NCBI GenBank assembly: GCA_039797705.1
Contig: JBDKHK010000152.1
Span: 4,892-68,891, forward strand
DNA: 64,000 nucleotides
Direction: 5' to 3'
Source of the DNA: Bacteroidota bacterium
GTDB lineage: Bacteria; Bacteroidota; Bacteroidia; Chitinophagales; JADIYW01
The notes beneath the pieces are model-generated. The model worked only from the letters and a program-made list of their open reading frames with translations, was not told the origin of the DNA and searched no databases. Below are positions 49,910 to 58,679 of the stretch, piece by piece. Both the position numbers and the translations under genes were made by a program. How positions within the stretch are numbered: position 1 is the first letter of the stretch; each line of letters starts with the position of its first letter.

Positions 49910-50761
49910 TTATACTTTATTTTTTTTATCGGGAATTCTTTCTTCCTGAGGTCTGCCTTCAAAGCTGTTCATCGAAGAATATACCCCTAAGAAACTGGCA
50001 ACTTTATCAAATATTTTAGAAGGGAACACGCCTTTTAAGAATGGTACAAGATTTACATTTTCTGGTATCAATAATAGCGTTGTATTCTTTTTTACTGCTT
50101 TAATAATTTTATTCACTGTATCTTCTGGCTCTAACAAGGGAAACAATAAGGGGGCTTTCACGCCTTTAAACATCCCTGTATCTATGTAACTTGGACATAC
50201 TGTAGTAACATGCAAATCACCTCCTTCTGTTTCAAATTCCATTCGCAAACTTTCACTCCATCCTAAAACAGCCCACTTGCTGGATGCATATACAGAACCT
50301 TTCGGCAGTGGTATCAAACCAGAGGCAGAGGCTATATTAACAACATGGCCTTTGCGTTGCTTTATCATATCTTGTATAAACACCCGTGTTACATTCATCA
50401 CACCACTTACATTGATGCTCAGTGTTTTTTCGATATCTCTTGCGGTGTGTTCCCAAAAATATTTTTTTCCGGCTACAATACCTGCATTATTAAATAAAAT
50501 ATCAATATTCCCAATCTCCAATAACACTTCTGTTGCAGCACGTTCAATATCATCAATATTGGAAACATCAACTACAAATGTAAATACATTTTTATACCCT
50601 TTGGATGAAAATTCTTTAGCTGTTTTATTCAAATTTTCTTCGTTAATATCCCAAATAATGAGGTTTGCTGCACCTTCTTGCAGGCATTTCGCTCCCATTA
50701 GTTTACCTATACCATTGGCGCCACCGGTTATCAATACATTCGTGTTTTTTATTATAGACAT
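49910..50761 (-). CDS. Short-chain dehydrogenase/reductase
   Basis: The ORF track gives 49910..50836. I prefer the Met at 50761 (MSIIKNTNVLITGGANGIGK). Also has NNAG and YASSK (YxxxK). Confidence 0.88.
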   Translation of the reverse strand: MSIIKNTNVLITGGANGIGKLMGAKCLQEGAANLIIWDINEENLNKTAKEFSSKGYKNVFTFVVDVSNIDDIERAATEVLLEIGNIDILFNNAGIVAGKKYFWEHTARDIEKTLSINVSGVMNVTRVFIQDMIKQRKGHVVNIASASGLIPLPKGSVYASSKWAVLGWSESLRMEFETEGGDLHVTTVCPSYIDTGMFKGVKAPLLFPLLEPEDTVNKIIKAVKKNTTLLLIPENVNLVPFLKGVFPSKIFDKVASFLGVYSSMNSFEGRPQEERIPDKKNKV

Positions 50762-50933
50762 TTTATCTTTTTTTTTGCAAATTAAATGTAGGTAATTTTT
50801 ATGTGTAAGTAAAATTAAACGCAAGTTAATTATCAAAAGTTCATTCCTAACTTTCTAACTTCAATTAAGATGGATTGGCTTCTTAATAAATATTATAGAT
50901 GGATAGATGGAGAATTTTTACGGTATAAAGCAA

Positions 50934-52175
50934 TCAGGCACGTGCAACTAAGCCCATCGCTTCCTTTTCCTTTTTTTCTACATTCAAAATACAATCATAC
51001 GTGGCATTTCTAAGAGAAAGTTCTCTTGGGTCGTTGGCAATATGAGTGCCCATTTTATTCATCACATAACTAAAAGCCACCTGTTTTTCAGGATCAGCAA
51101 AACCACCAGAACCACCGGCACCAAAAGTACCATAACTTCTATAATTCACACCAAAATTTTGATACATAGAAGGCTTTGCAAAACCTAATGAAAATGGAAT
51201 ATCTACATGTAAAACTAAATCTTTTTTACCAAATTTTGGATGAATTGGGGCAGCCTCTAATACTTGCAATGTCTCAGGTCGAATATGTAAATTTTCCCCT
51301 CCGGTAGCAAATTCATTATAAATTTGTGCGACAGAGCGTGCATTTCCAAATCCATGAGCAGAACCATTGGGAATGGAAACATATTTCCGCTTATTAAAAT
51401 TATTTAGATTTAAAGCATGCGGCGGATTCAATAATGATTTATAAAAAGGAGAAAATGGATTTAAAATTCCTTTTACTATACTTCCAAAATCTGTATTTCT
51501 TTCTCCGTTAAATGCCTCCGTAGGCATAAAAGGAATTAATTCTGCCACTCGATGCTGCGGAATATGCTCCGGCAATCCGATATGAAAATCTGCCTCCAAC
51601 GCATCTGCAATTTCATCTTTAAAAAAGCGATGTAGTGGTTTTCTGAGCGGATCTACTCGTTTACAAATTTCATTTTGATACATGGCAATCGTCCATGCGT
51701 GATAGCCTTTTTTTTCGCCAGGATTCCAATAAGGTTTTTGTTTTGCCAAACAATCAGAAAGGGTATCCTCTGAGGTCAGTACTTCATAATTTAAACTCTT
51801 AGCATTGGTATATAAGCCTGCTTGGTGTGCTAACAGTTGACGCATAGTAATTTGCTCTTTGCCATTAAAAGCAAATTCTGGCCAATAAGTAGCTACTTTT
51901 TCATCATAATTCAATAAACCCCTAGAATGTAATAATGCCAATGCTAAAGAAGACATTCCTTTGGTGGTAGAAAAAACAATACTCAACGTGTCTTCTTCCC
52001 AATATTGCTTTCTTTTTTTGTCGCGAAATCCGCCCCACAAATCAACTACTTTTTCGCCACGATAATAAACGCAACAAGAAGCACCAACTTCATTTCTCAT
52101 TTTAAAGTTTTCTTCAAAGGCAGTTTTTACCTTTTCAAATCCTTCTTTCACATATCCGAAAATTGGAATTTCCAT
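50934..52175 (-). CDS. Beta-lactamase-fold serine hydrolase (class C/EstB-like esterase family)
   Basis: The ORF track gives 50934..52208. I prefer the Met at 52175 (MEIPIFGYVKEGFE). The SxxK nucleophile motif is in FSTTKGMSSLAL. Confidence 0.8.
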   Translation of the reverse strand: MEIPIFGYVKEGFEKVKTAFEENFKMRNEVGASCCVYYRGEKVVDLWGGFRDKKRKQYWEEDTLSIVFSTTKGMSSLALALLHSRGLLNYDEKVATYWPEFAFNGKEQITMRQLLAHQAGLYTNAKSLNYEVLTSEDTLSDCLAKQKPYWNPGEKKGYHAWTIAMYQNEICKRVDPLRKPLHRFFKDEIADALEADFHIGLPEHIPQHRVAELIPFMPTEAFNGERNTDFGSIVKGILNPFSPFYKSLLNPPHALNLNNFNKRKYVSIPNGSAHGFGNARSVAQIYNEFATGGENLHIRPETLQVLEAAPIHPKFGKKDLVLHVDIPFSLGFAKPSMYQNFGVNYRSYGTFGAGGSGGFADPEKQVAFSYVMNKMGTHIANDPRELSLRNATYDCILNVEKKEKEAMGLVARA

Positions 52176-52321
52176 GTTATTATTAAAATTTGGGAACAAA
52201 AGATACACTTTTATTTTACAAAGAAAACTTTTTTTACTTTCCTTTCTGTTACAATCTTATGTTTTATTGTTTTATATCAAGATTCTTAGTCTGCACTTTC
52301 TATCAATTTCCAATAAATAGC

Positions 52322-52329
52322 TATCTTTG
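52322..52329 (+). promoter_or_regulatory. Candidate -7 promoter box (TAtcTTTG) only 5 nt before the purK ATG
   Basis: Exact TAnnTTTG match. The spacing would place the transcription start at or next to the start codon at 52335, giving a leaderless or near-leaderless mRNA. Confidence 0.3.
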
Positions 52330-52334
52330 TGTAA

Positions 52335-53504
52335 ATGCAGGCATCAAAAAAGAATTCCCCTACAATTGGTATTATCGGAGGTGGACAATTAGGAAAAATG
52401 TTTATTCAAAAATCTTCGCAATGGTCTATTCCAGTTCATATTTTGGAAAATGATGTGGATAGTCCGGCTGCAATTTTGGCCAATAAATTTGTTTTAGGGA
52501 ACATCAAAGATGCAGATGCCATTCAACAACTGGCGGAAGATGCAGACATTCTTACATGGGAAATAGAACACATCCATGTAGATAAACTAATTGAACTGAA
52601 ACATACTGGGAAAACGATTATTCCAGATCCTGAAATTTTGAAAATTATTCAGGACAAGGGAAAACAAAAATTATTTTATCAGGAACATCAAATTCCCACT
52701 GCTCCATTTTTTATTGCAAAGAACAAAAAAGATGCTGCTCAAAAATTACAAGAAACTGCCTTTGAAAAGGTAGCTGTAAAGGCTTGTACTGGTGGTTATG
52801 ATGGCAAAGGTGTTTTTATTTCCAATTCAAAAGATATCATAGAAAATTCAGAAATTATTCCATTCGACAGCGAATTGATGGTGGAACAATTTGTTCCGTG
52901 CAAGACAGAAATTGCAGTCTTGGTAGCACGCAACCCAACAGGTGAAACAGCCGTTTATCCGGCTATAGAAATGGAGTTTGACCCACAAAGCAATTTAGTT
53001 TCATTTCTAATCTCTCCGGCAAATATTCCAATACATATAGAACAACGTGCAGAACAAATCGCCTTACAGTGCGCATCAGCATTTGGCAGTGCCGGATTAT
53101 TTGCAGTGGAGTTATTTTTATCAGAAGAAAATGAATTATTGGTCAATGAAATTGCACCACGCCCGCATAATTCTGCACACCATACCATTGAAGGATTTTA
53201 TACTTCTCAATACGAACAATTACTGAGAACGTTATTGGATTTACCTTTAGGCTCTACGGATTTAAAAATGCCTTGTGCCATGGTAAATATTGTGGGGAAC
53301 GAGCAAAAAAGTGGCCCATACCGATTGAAATATTTCAAAGAATTGAGCGCCATGAAAGGTGTGTATATTCATTTATATGGAAAAAAGGAAAGCAAGCCTA
53401 ATCGTAAACTCGGACATATTACAATTGTTCATCCTGATAGAAATGAAGTATTGCAATTAGCAGAAAAAATACGAAATTTAACTGAAATTGAAATTATAGA
53501 ATAG
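52335..53504 (+). CDS. purK: N5-carboxyaminoimidazole ribonucleotide synthase
   Basis: 389 aa. Has [12 protein letters not shown], an ATP-grasp core, [16 protein letters not shown] and PNRKLGHIT. Confidence 0.93.
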   Translation: MQASKKNSPTIGIIGGGQLGKMFIQKSSQWSIPVHILENDVDSPAAILANKFVLGNIKDADAIQQLAEDADILTWEIEHIHVDKLIELKHTGKTIIPDPEILKIIQDKGKQKLFYQEHQIPTAPFFIAKNKKDAAQKLQETAFEKVAVKACTGGYDGKGVFISNSKDIIENSEIIPFDSELMVEQFVPCKTEIAVLVARNPTGETAVYPAIEMEFDPQSNLVSFLISPANIPIHIEQRAEQIALQCASAFGSAGLFAVELFLSEENELLVNEIAPRPHNSAHHTIEGFYTSQYEQLLRTLLDLPLGSTDLKMPCAMVNIVGNEQKSGPYRLKYFKELSAMKGVYIHLYGKKESKPNRKLGHITIVHPDRNEVLQLAEKIRNLTEIEIIE

Positions 53505-53584
53505 ACAGGAGATGTGAGAATGGAGACAGGAGAAAATTCTCTTGCCTCTTATCTCTCCGCTCTTATTTTTCAAAATATAATAAA

Positions 53585-54070
53585 ATGAATAAAGTACTAA
53601 TAATAATGGGCTCTGACAGTGATTCTCCTGTAATGAGAGATGCAGCCAAGGTACTGTCAACTTTTGAAATTACATTTGAATACACCATTGTTTCTGCGCA
53701 TCGCACGCCGGAGCGTATGTATGAGTTTGCACGCACTGCACACGAGCAAGGTTTTAGCGTAATTATTGCCGGCGCCGGAGGCGCCGCGCATCTACCCGGC
53801 ATGGTAGCCGCTATATCGCCACTGCCGGTTATTGGAGTTCCAGTGCAAAGCAAATCATTGAATGGACTGGATTCATTACTTTCTATTGTGCAAATGCCCG
53901 GTGGTGTTCCGGTAGCAACGGTTGCAATAAACGGAGCTAAAAATGCTGGCATCTTGGCGGCCCAGATTATTGGTGCTCACGATAAAAATATCCAACAAAA
54001 AGTAATAGATTACAAAAAACAATTAGAACAAGAGGTAATTGACAAAACACAAGATTTTAAACCTTGGTAA
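53585..54070 (+). CDS. purE: N5-carboxyaminoimidazole ribonucleotide mutase
   Basis: 161 aa. Motifs: [27 protein letters not shown] and GVPV. Confidence 0.95.
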   Translation: MNKVLIIMGSDSDSPVMRDAAKVLSTFEITFEYTIVSAHRTPERMYEFARTAHEQGFSVIIAGAGGAAHLPGMVAAISPLPVIGVPVQSKSLNGLDSLLSIVQMPGGVPVATVAINGAKNAGILAAQIIGAHDKNIQQKVIDYKKQLEQEVIDKTQDFKPW

Positions 54071-54350
54071 ATAGAATCTAAAAATAAAAACTAAAAGATT
54101 TAAGTAAAAGTAAAGCAACTGTTAGTCTATTATTTTATAGGATTTGTTGATGTTAGTTTGAGTAGTAAATGCCTCCAGCAAACTGTAATACTATTTTAAA
54201 GGTAATGTGGTCAAAAATGGAGCTGTTTTATTTAAATATTCGCCGCTTTGTCATTTAAGTTTGCAACTTAACTACATCAGCCACCAATAAAACTCCATTC
54301 TACCAAACATATTTTGTCATAAAAATAACGCGCACTCGAATACCCCATTC

Positions 54351-54468
54351 TGACGCAAGTATGCAGCCATGCTTTAGCGTAGCGTACTTGTGCCAGTCTA
54401 TTTATTTTATAATTTCAACATTGGCACAAGTACACTGCCGCACATGGCTATACGGCATACTTGCGCCA
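54351..54468. other. 118-nt G+C-rich imperfect nested hairpin / palindromic element in a convergent intergenic region
   Basis: Pairings read from the sequence: tgacgcaagtatgc (54351-54364) with gcatacttgcgcca (54455-54468), one mismatch; agccatg (54365-54371) with catggct (54443-54449); gtacttgtgcca (54384-54395) with tggcacaagtac (54422-54433), perfect. The loop is 26 nt and AT-rich. The function is unknown. Confidence 0.6.
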
Positions 54469-54510
54469 GTTAGTGAACAACGTGGAAGACATCGCCGCAT
54501 TTATATATCA

Positions 54511-55857
54511 TTACTCTTCTTCATTCATTTCAAAATCTTCCAAAAACTTAGTCGTAAAATTTCCTTTGCGGAAATCTTCATTGTCCATCAGTTGCAAGTG
54601 AAACGGAATGGTGGTTTTAATACCATCAATTTTTAATTCGTGTAAAGCACGTTCCATTCTGTCAATCGCTTCCATACGAGTGTTGCCTTTTACAATCAGC
54701 TTCGCAATCATGGAATCATAAAACGGCGGAATGATGTAACCATTGTACACATGCGAATCTATGCGAACACCATAACCACCGCTTGGTTGGTAGTTTACAA
54801 TTTTTCCGGGTGATGGTTTAAAATTATCATACGGATTTTCTGCATTAATACGACATTCAATTGCGCAACCTTGCGGAAAATATTCATCTTGTTCTAGTTT
54901 TTTTCCTGCTGCTAATTCTATTTGCAAACGAATCAAATCCAACCCTATCACTTCTTCCGTCACCGGATGTTCCACTTGAATACGTGTATTCATTTCCATG
55001 AAATAAAAGCCTTTGTGTTTGTCCACCAAAAATTCTATTGTGCCAACACCTTCATAATTAATTGCTTTCACTGCTTTAGTAGCAGCATCGCCTAATTTTT
55101 TTCGCAAGGCATCATCTACAAACGGGCTCGGGCTTTCTTCCACCAACTTTTGATGTCTGCGTTGTATAGAACAATCGCGTTCTGAAAAATGCGCTGCATT
55201 TCCATGTTGGTCGCCTGCCACCTGCACTTCGATATGGCGTGGTTCTTCAATATATTTTTCTAAATACATCCCTGAATTTCCAAAGGCTGCTCCAGCTTCT
55301 GCTTGTGCATTTTCTAAATTAGATTGAAATTCTTCTTCGTTCCAAACGATGCGCATACCTTTTCCGCCACCGCCGGCAGTAGCTTTCAAAATTACAGGGT
55401 AGCCAATTTCTTTGGCTAATTTCTTTCCTTTTTTTATATCTGTAATCAAATCTTCGGAGCCAGGAATTACAGGTACTTTGGCTTTTATCATCGTTGCTTT
55501 CGCCGTTATTTTATCGCCCATGGCGTGAATTTGCTCCGGTGTTGGTCCAATGAATTTGATGTTTTTCTCCGCACATTTTTTGGCAAATGTTTCATTCTCT
55601 GCCAAAAATCCATAGCCGGGATGAATAGCATCTGCTTTCGTCATTTCGGCAGCCATCAAAATGCTATCCATTTTCAGATAGGAGTCTTTGCTTGCGGGCG
55701 GGCCAATACAAAAACTTTCATCGGCACTTTTTACATGCAAACTTTCTCGGTCGGCGGTAGAAAAAACGGCTACGGTTTTGATGCCCATTTCTTTACAAGT
55801 ACGGATAATTCGCAGCGCAATTTCGCCACGGTTGGCTATGAGTATTTTCTGGAACAT
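54511..55857 (-). CDS. accC: Acetyl-CoA carboxylase biotin carboxylase subunit
   Basis: 448 aa. Motifs: [48 protein letters not shown]. Confidence 0.96.
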   Translation of the reverse strand: MFQKILIANRGEIALRIIRTCKEMGIKTVAVFSTADRESLHVKSADESFCIGPPASKDSYLKMDSILMAAEMTKADAIHPGYGFLAENETFAKKCAEKNIKFIGPTPEQIHAMGDKITAKATMIKAKVPVIPGSEDLITDIKKGKKLAKEIGYPVILKATAGGGGKGMRIVWNEEEFQSNLENAQAEAGAAFGNSGMYLEKYIEEPRHIEVQVAGDQHGNAAHFSERDCSIQRRHQKLVEESPSPFVDDALRKKLGDAATKAVKAINYEGVGTIEFLVDKHKGFYFMEMNTRIQVEHPVTEEVIGLDLIRLQIELAAGKKLEQDEYFPQGCAIECRINAENPYDNFKPSPGKIVNYQPSGGYGVRIDSHVYNGYIIPPFYDSMIAKLIVKGNTRMEAIDRMERALHELKIDGIKTTIPFHLQLMDNEDFRKGNFTTKFLEDFEMNEEE

Positions 55858-55873
55858 CTTGATATTGTTTTAT

Positions 55874-55906
55874 AAAGAAGCCATCGCTTTAAGCGATGGC
55901 TTCTTT
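55874..55906 (-). promoter_or_regulatory. Strong intercistronic stem-loop between accB and accC
   Basis: aaagaagccatcgc (55874-55887) pairs with gcgatggcttcttt (55893-55906). This is a 14-bp perfect stem with loop tttaa. On the coding (minus) strand it is followed by uaua, not a long U-tract. Confidence 0.6.
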
Positions 55907-55918
55907 AGTATGTTGAAA

Positions 55919-56374
55919 TTAATTTGGTTCTACCAAAAATAAAGGCTGGTCGTATTCTACGGCTTGTGCGTTGTCCACCATCACTTTTACTATTTTTCCA
56001 GATACTTCGCTTTGTATTTCATTAAATAATTTCATTGCTTCGATGATGCATAACACATCTCCTTTTTTTACTTTGTCGCCTACTTTTACAAATGGTTCTT
56101 TACCTTCTCCTGCAGCACGATAAAATGTTCCTATCATGGGTGCTTTTATGACTTGAGAATTACCTGTAGGTGTTACCTCTTTTTTAGATTCTGGAGATGG
56201 AGCTGATGTTGGAGCAGCAACGGCAGGTGCTGAAATTACGGAAGCAACACCACTTGATTTTGCATAATCTTTATGCCGGATAGTGATTTGAAAATCACCA
56301 TCTTTAACCTTCAATTCTCCTAAATTATTATCGTTTAATAACTGTATGAGTTTTTTTATTTGAGCAATATCCAT
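55919..56374 (-). CDS. accB: Acetyl-CoA carboxylase biotin carboxyl carrier protein
   Basis: 151 aa with an Ala/Pro-rich linker (APAVAAPTSAPSPE) and the biotinylation motif IEAMKLFNEI. Confidence 0.93.
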   Translation of the reverse strand: MDIAQIKKLIQLLNDNNLGELKVKDGDFQITIRHKDYAKSSGVASVISAPAVAAPTSAPSPESKKEVTPTGNSQVIKAPMIGTFYRAAGEGKEPFVKVGDKVKKGDVLCIIEAMKLFNEIQSEVSGKIVKVMVDNAQAVEYDQPLFLVEPN

Positions 56375-56457
56375 GTATCAAATATAGAGATTAATTTGAG
56401 AATTTGATAATGTAAGATGCAGAAAGAAGTTCAGCATGACGTGATACATATTATAAT

Positions 56458-56480
56458 AAAAAAACTCCGCAATTGCGGAG
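56458..56480 (-). terminator. Rho-independent terminator downstream of efp
   Basis: ctccgc (56465-56470) pairs with gcggag (56475-56480), loop aatt. On the minus strand the hairpin is followed by a U7 tract (A-run 56458-56464 on the plus strand). Confidence 0.75.
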
Positions 56481-56524
56481 TTTTAATTTATGAGATTGCT
56501 TCACTATGTTCGCAATGACGTGCT

Positions 56525-57088
56525 TTATTTTACTCTTTCCATGTAATCCCCGGTATCGGTATTTACTTTTATTTTATCGCCTACATTAATAAACAATGGA
56601 ATCATCACCTTAGCGCCGGTTGACACTGTGCATGGGCGCAATGTGTTGGTGGCTGTATCTCCTTTAATGCCAGGCTCTGCATAGGTTACTTCTACTACTA
56701 CTGTTGCTGGTAATTCACAAGTAAGTGGCAATTCATCTTCTGCGCGAACCGCAATTTTCACCGTCATTCCTTCTAACAGGAAGTCTGGAGCATTGATGAT
56801 TTTTGCATCTATAGCAATTTGTTCGTATGTTTCATTATTCATGAAATTGTAGTATTCTCCTTCTTTATATAAGAATTGATACTCTCTATGTTCAATACGA
56901 ACTTCGTCAATTTTCATTCCGGAAGGAAACGTATTATCTACTACTTTGCCGTTTGTTACGCTTTTTAATTTGGTACGAACAAATGCTGGACCTTTTCCAG
57001 GTTTTACGTGTAAAAATTCAACTATTTTGTAAATATCGTTGTTGAAAACGATACACATGCCATTTCGGATATCAGATGTAGATGCCAT
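56525..57088 (-). CDS. efp: Elongation factor P
   Basis: 187 aa. Contains MASTSDIRNGMCIVFNNDIYKIVEFLHVKPGKGPAFVRTKLK, with the conserved KPGKG loop. Confidence 0.95.
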   Translation of the reverse strand: MASTSDIRNGMCIVFNNDIYKIVEFLHVKPGKGPAFVRTKLKSVTNGKVVDNTFPSGMKIDEVRIEHREYQFLYKEGEYYNFMNNETYEQIAIDAKIINAPDFLLEGMTVKIAVRAEDELPLTCELPATVVVEVTYAEPGIKGDTATNTLRPCTVSTGAKVMIPLFINVGDKIKVNTDTGDYMERVK

Positions 57089-57160
57089 AATTTTAGAGGT
57101 AAGTTGAAAGTAGTAAGTTGTAAGTGTTTTTACTAATTACTTACTACTAATTACTAAATA

Positions 57161-57349
57161 CTATTTTGCGTATCCTTCGATTAATACTTTTCCATTGTAG
57201 TATAAATCATTTCCAGAAACGTATGCTCTGTGTGATAAGTGACTTTCACCTGTTACTTTACAGGTAATTACATTTGGGGCTTCCATTTTGTAATGTGTGC
57301 GTCTTTTGTCGCGTCTTGTTGTAGATTGTCTGCGCTTTGGATGTGCCAT
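57161..57349 (-). CDS. rpmF: 50S ribosomal protein L32
   Basis: 62 aa beginning [21 protein letters not shown]. It has only one Cys, so it is the zinc-free (C-minus) form. Confidence 0.9.
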   Translation of the reverse strand: MAHPKRRQSTTRRDKRRTHYKMEAPNVITCKVTGESHLSHRAYVSGNDLYYNGKVLIEGYAK

Positions 57350-57355
57350 TGTATT

Positions 57356-57892
57356 CTAATTTAATTTGTCTTTTAATTTATCTAAATCTCCCCATCTTGG
57401 GTCAATTGTATCTTCTTCTTTCTGTTGTTCTTCTAATAAGCCAATTATTTCCATATCGCAATATTCTGTTTTTCCCGGATTATCACAAATCACATGAACA
57501 GGAATGGATAAATGCACAAAATCATATAAAAACTGCGAAAGGTCGATGTATTGCTCCTCTCTTGAAACATAGATGATTTCCATTTCGTCGGTGTCTATCT
57601 CCGTTTCATTGGAGGTATATTTTATATAAACAACGAATGTAGCGTGAATAGTTACTGGAATAGATGCTGTACAACGATCGCAATCACTCCAAACAATGCC
57701 ATCCAAGTCAATTTCTGCGGTATAAGGCTCTTGGCGATTATCGAAGGATATATTTACTTGTATGTTGCATTTTTGAATAAGTGCATTATCAAAATTGGCA
57801 AAGAACGCTTCTGTCAATTCATAAGAAAACTCATGAACTTCCTTTTTAAGTCCGACATGTGGTATTCTATATGTTTGTATGGAATCTGACAT
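57356..57892 (-). CDS. YceD/DUF177 family protein (large-subunit rRNA accumulation protein)
   Basis: The ORF track gives 57356..57922. I prefer the Met at 57892 (MSDSIQTYRIPHVGLK). It lies directly upstream of rpmF, as is usual for YceD, and carries the Cys pairs CDRC and VICDNPGKTEYC. Confidence 0.8.
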   Translation of the reverse strand: MSDSIQTYRIPHVGLKKEVHEFSYELTEAFFANFDNALIQKCNIQVNISFDNRQEPYTAEIDLDGIVWSDCDRCTASIPVTIHATFVVYIKYTSNETEIDTDEMEIIYVSREEQYIDLSQFLYDFVHLSIPVHVICDNPGKTEYCDMEIIGLLEEQQKEEDTIDPRWGDLDKLKDKLN

Positions 57893-58136
57893 ATCAATAA
57901 AAAGATTTAAAAAGGATTGCAAAAATACAAATTCTTTTGTGAATTTGAAAATTTAACCTTTCTAAAAAATAAATTTATAATAGGCTGATTTTCAATGTGT
58001 AATACTATCAAAAAATTTGACACTTTGTTATGTTTCTATTAAACAACATAAAACAGCGTCCAAATTTTATCAGAATAGCAATAAAAGATTGATTGTCAGT
58101 TGCAAAATGGGATTGCTTTTATTTTCATCAGAAGGT

Positions 58137-58679
58137 TTACACATCCAATTGATATACTGCTTCTAAATTTCTGCCTTCTCCGTCATAATCTAATCCGTAG
58201 CCGACTACGAATAAATCTGGCACGGTGAATCCGACCATATCTATCTTCAAATCTAATTTTTGTAAATTAGCTGGTTTATATAAAAAAGAAAGCAAGGTGA
58301 TGGATTGAGGATGCAGTCCTTGTAAATATTGCATGAAAAAATCCATGGTCAATCCGGAATCTACAATATCTTCAATAATAATGATTGCTCTATCTTTTAC
58401 AATTTCTTCTTTTAGGGGTAGTACCATGTTTATTTTTCCGGTGGATTGCATTCCGGTGTAAGACATCAGCTTCACAAATTCTATTTCGCATGGGAAATTA
58501 AATTTTTTCAAAATATCGGAAGCAAACATAAAGGCACCTCGCAGTACTACGACAAAAACGGGGTTTTTGTCTTTAAATTTATCCGAGAGTTCGACTACAA
58601 TTTCTTGTATGCGTTGTTGAATTTGTGTTTCAGAAATATATTTCCTAAAAATTTTGTCTTTTATTTTGATGGTTTCCAT
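58137..58679 (-). CDS. hpt: Hypoxanthine phosphoribosyltransferase
   Basis: 180 aa with the PRPP-binding motif AIIIIEDIVDSGLT and the C-terminal VVGYGLDYDGEGRNL. Confidence 0.92.
   Translation of the reverse strand: METIKIKDKIFRKYISETQIQQRIQEIVVELSDKFKDKNPVFVVVLRGAFMFASDILKKFNFPCEIEFVKLMSYTGMQSTGKINMVLPLKEEIVKDRAIIIIEDIVDSGLTMDFFMQYLQGLHPQSITLLSFLYKPANLQKLDLKIDMVGFTVPDLFVVGYGLDYDGEGRNLEAVYQLDV

Noticed and set aside
50277-50795. 172-aa + strand ORF, long for an AT-rich genome
   Set aside because: It is antisense to the SDR gene (TGxxxGIG, NNAG and YxxxK motifs on the minus strand). Its product is Ser/Ile/Phe-rich with no motif. Long stop-free antisense frames are a known by-product of codon bias. 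The same reasoning applies to 6809..7204, 48832..49239, 53563..53952, 22615..23013, 55525..55875, 37204..37527, 19235..19576 and 11423..11725.
54384-54470. TGGCAC/TGGCGC motifs in the hairpin arms as possible sigma-54 (-24/-12) promoters, given rpoN is in the window
   Set aside because: In every copy the GG-to-GC spacing is off from the canonical TGGCAC-N5-TTGC arrangement: one nt short on the minus-strand copies and two nt long on the plus-strand copy. No gene lies downstream in either direction, because both flanking genes end here.
54361-54636. 91-aa + strand ORF spanning the purE-accC intergenic hairpin and the accC 3' end
   Set aside because: It begins inside the palindromic element and continues antisense into accC. 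It has no coding-like composition, and the hairpin structure explains the region better.
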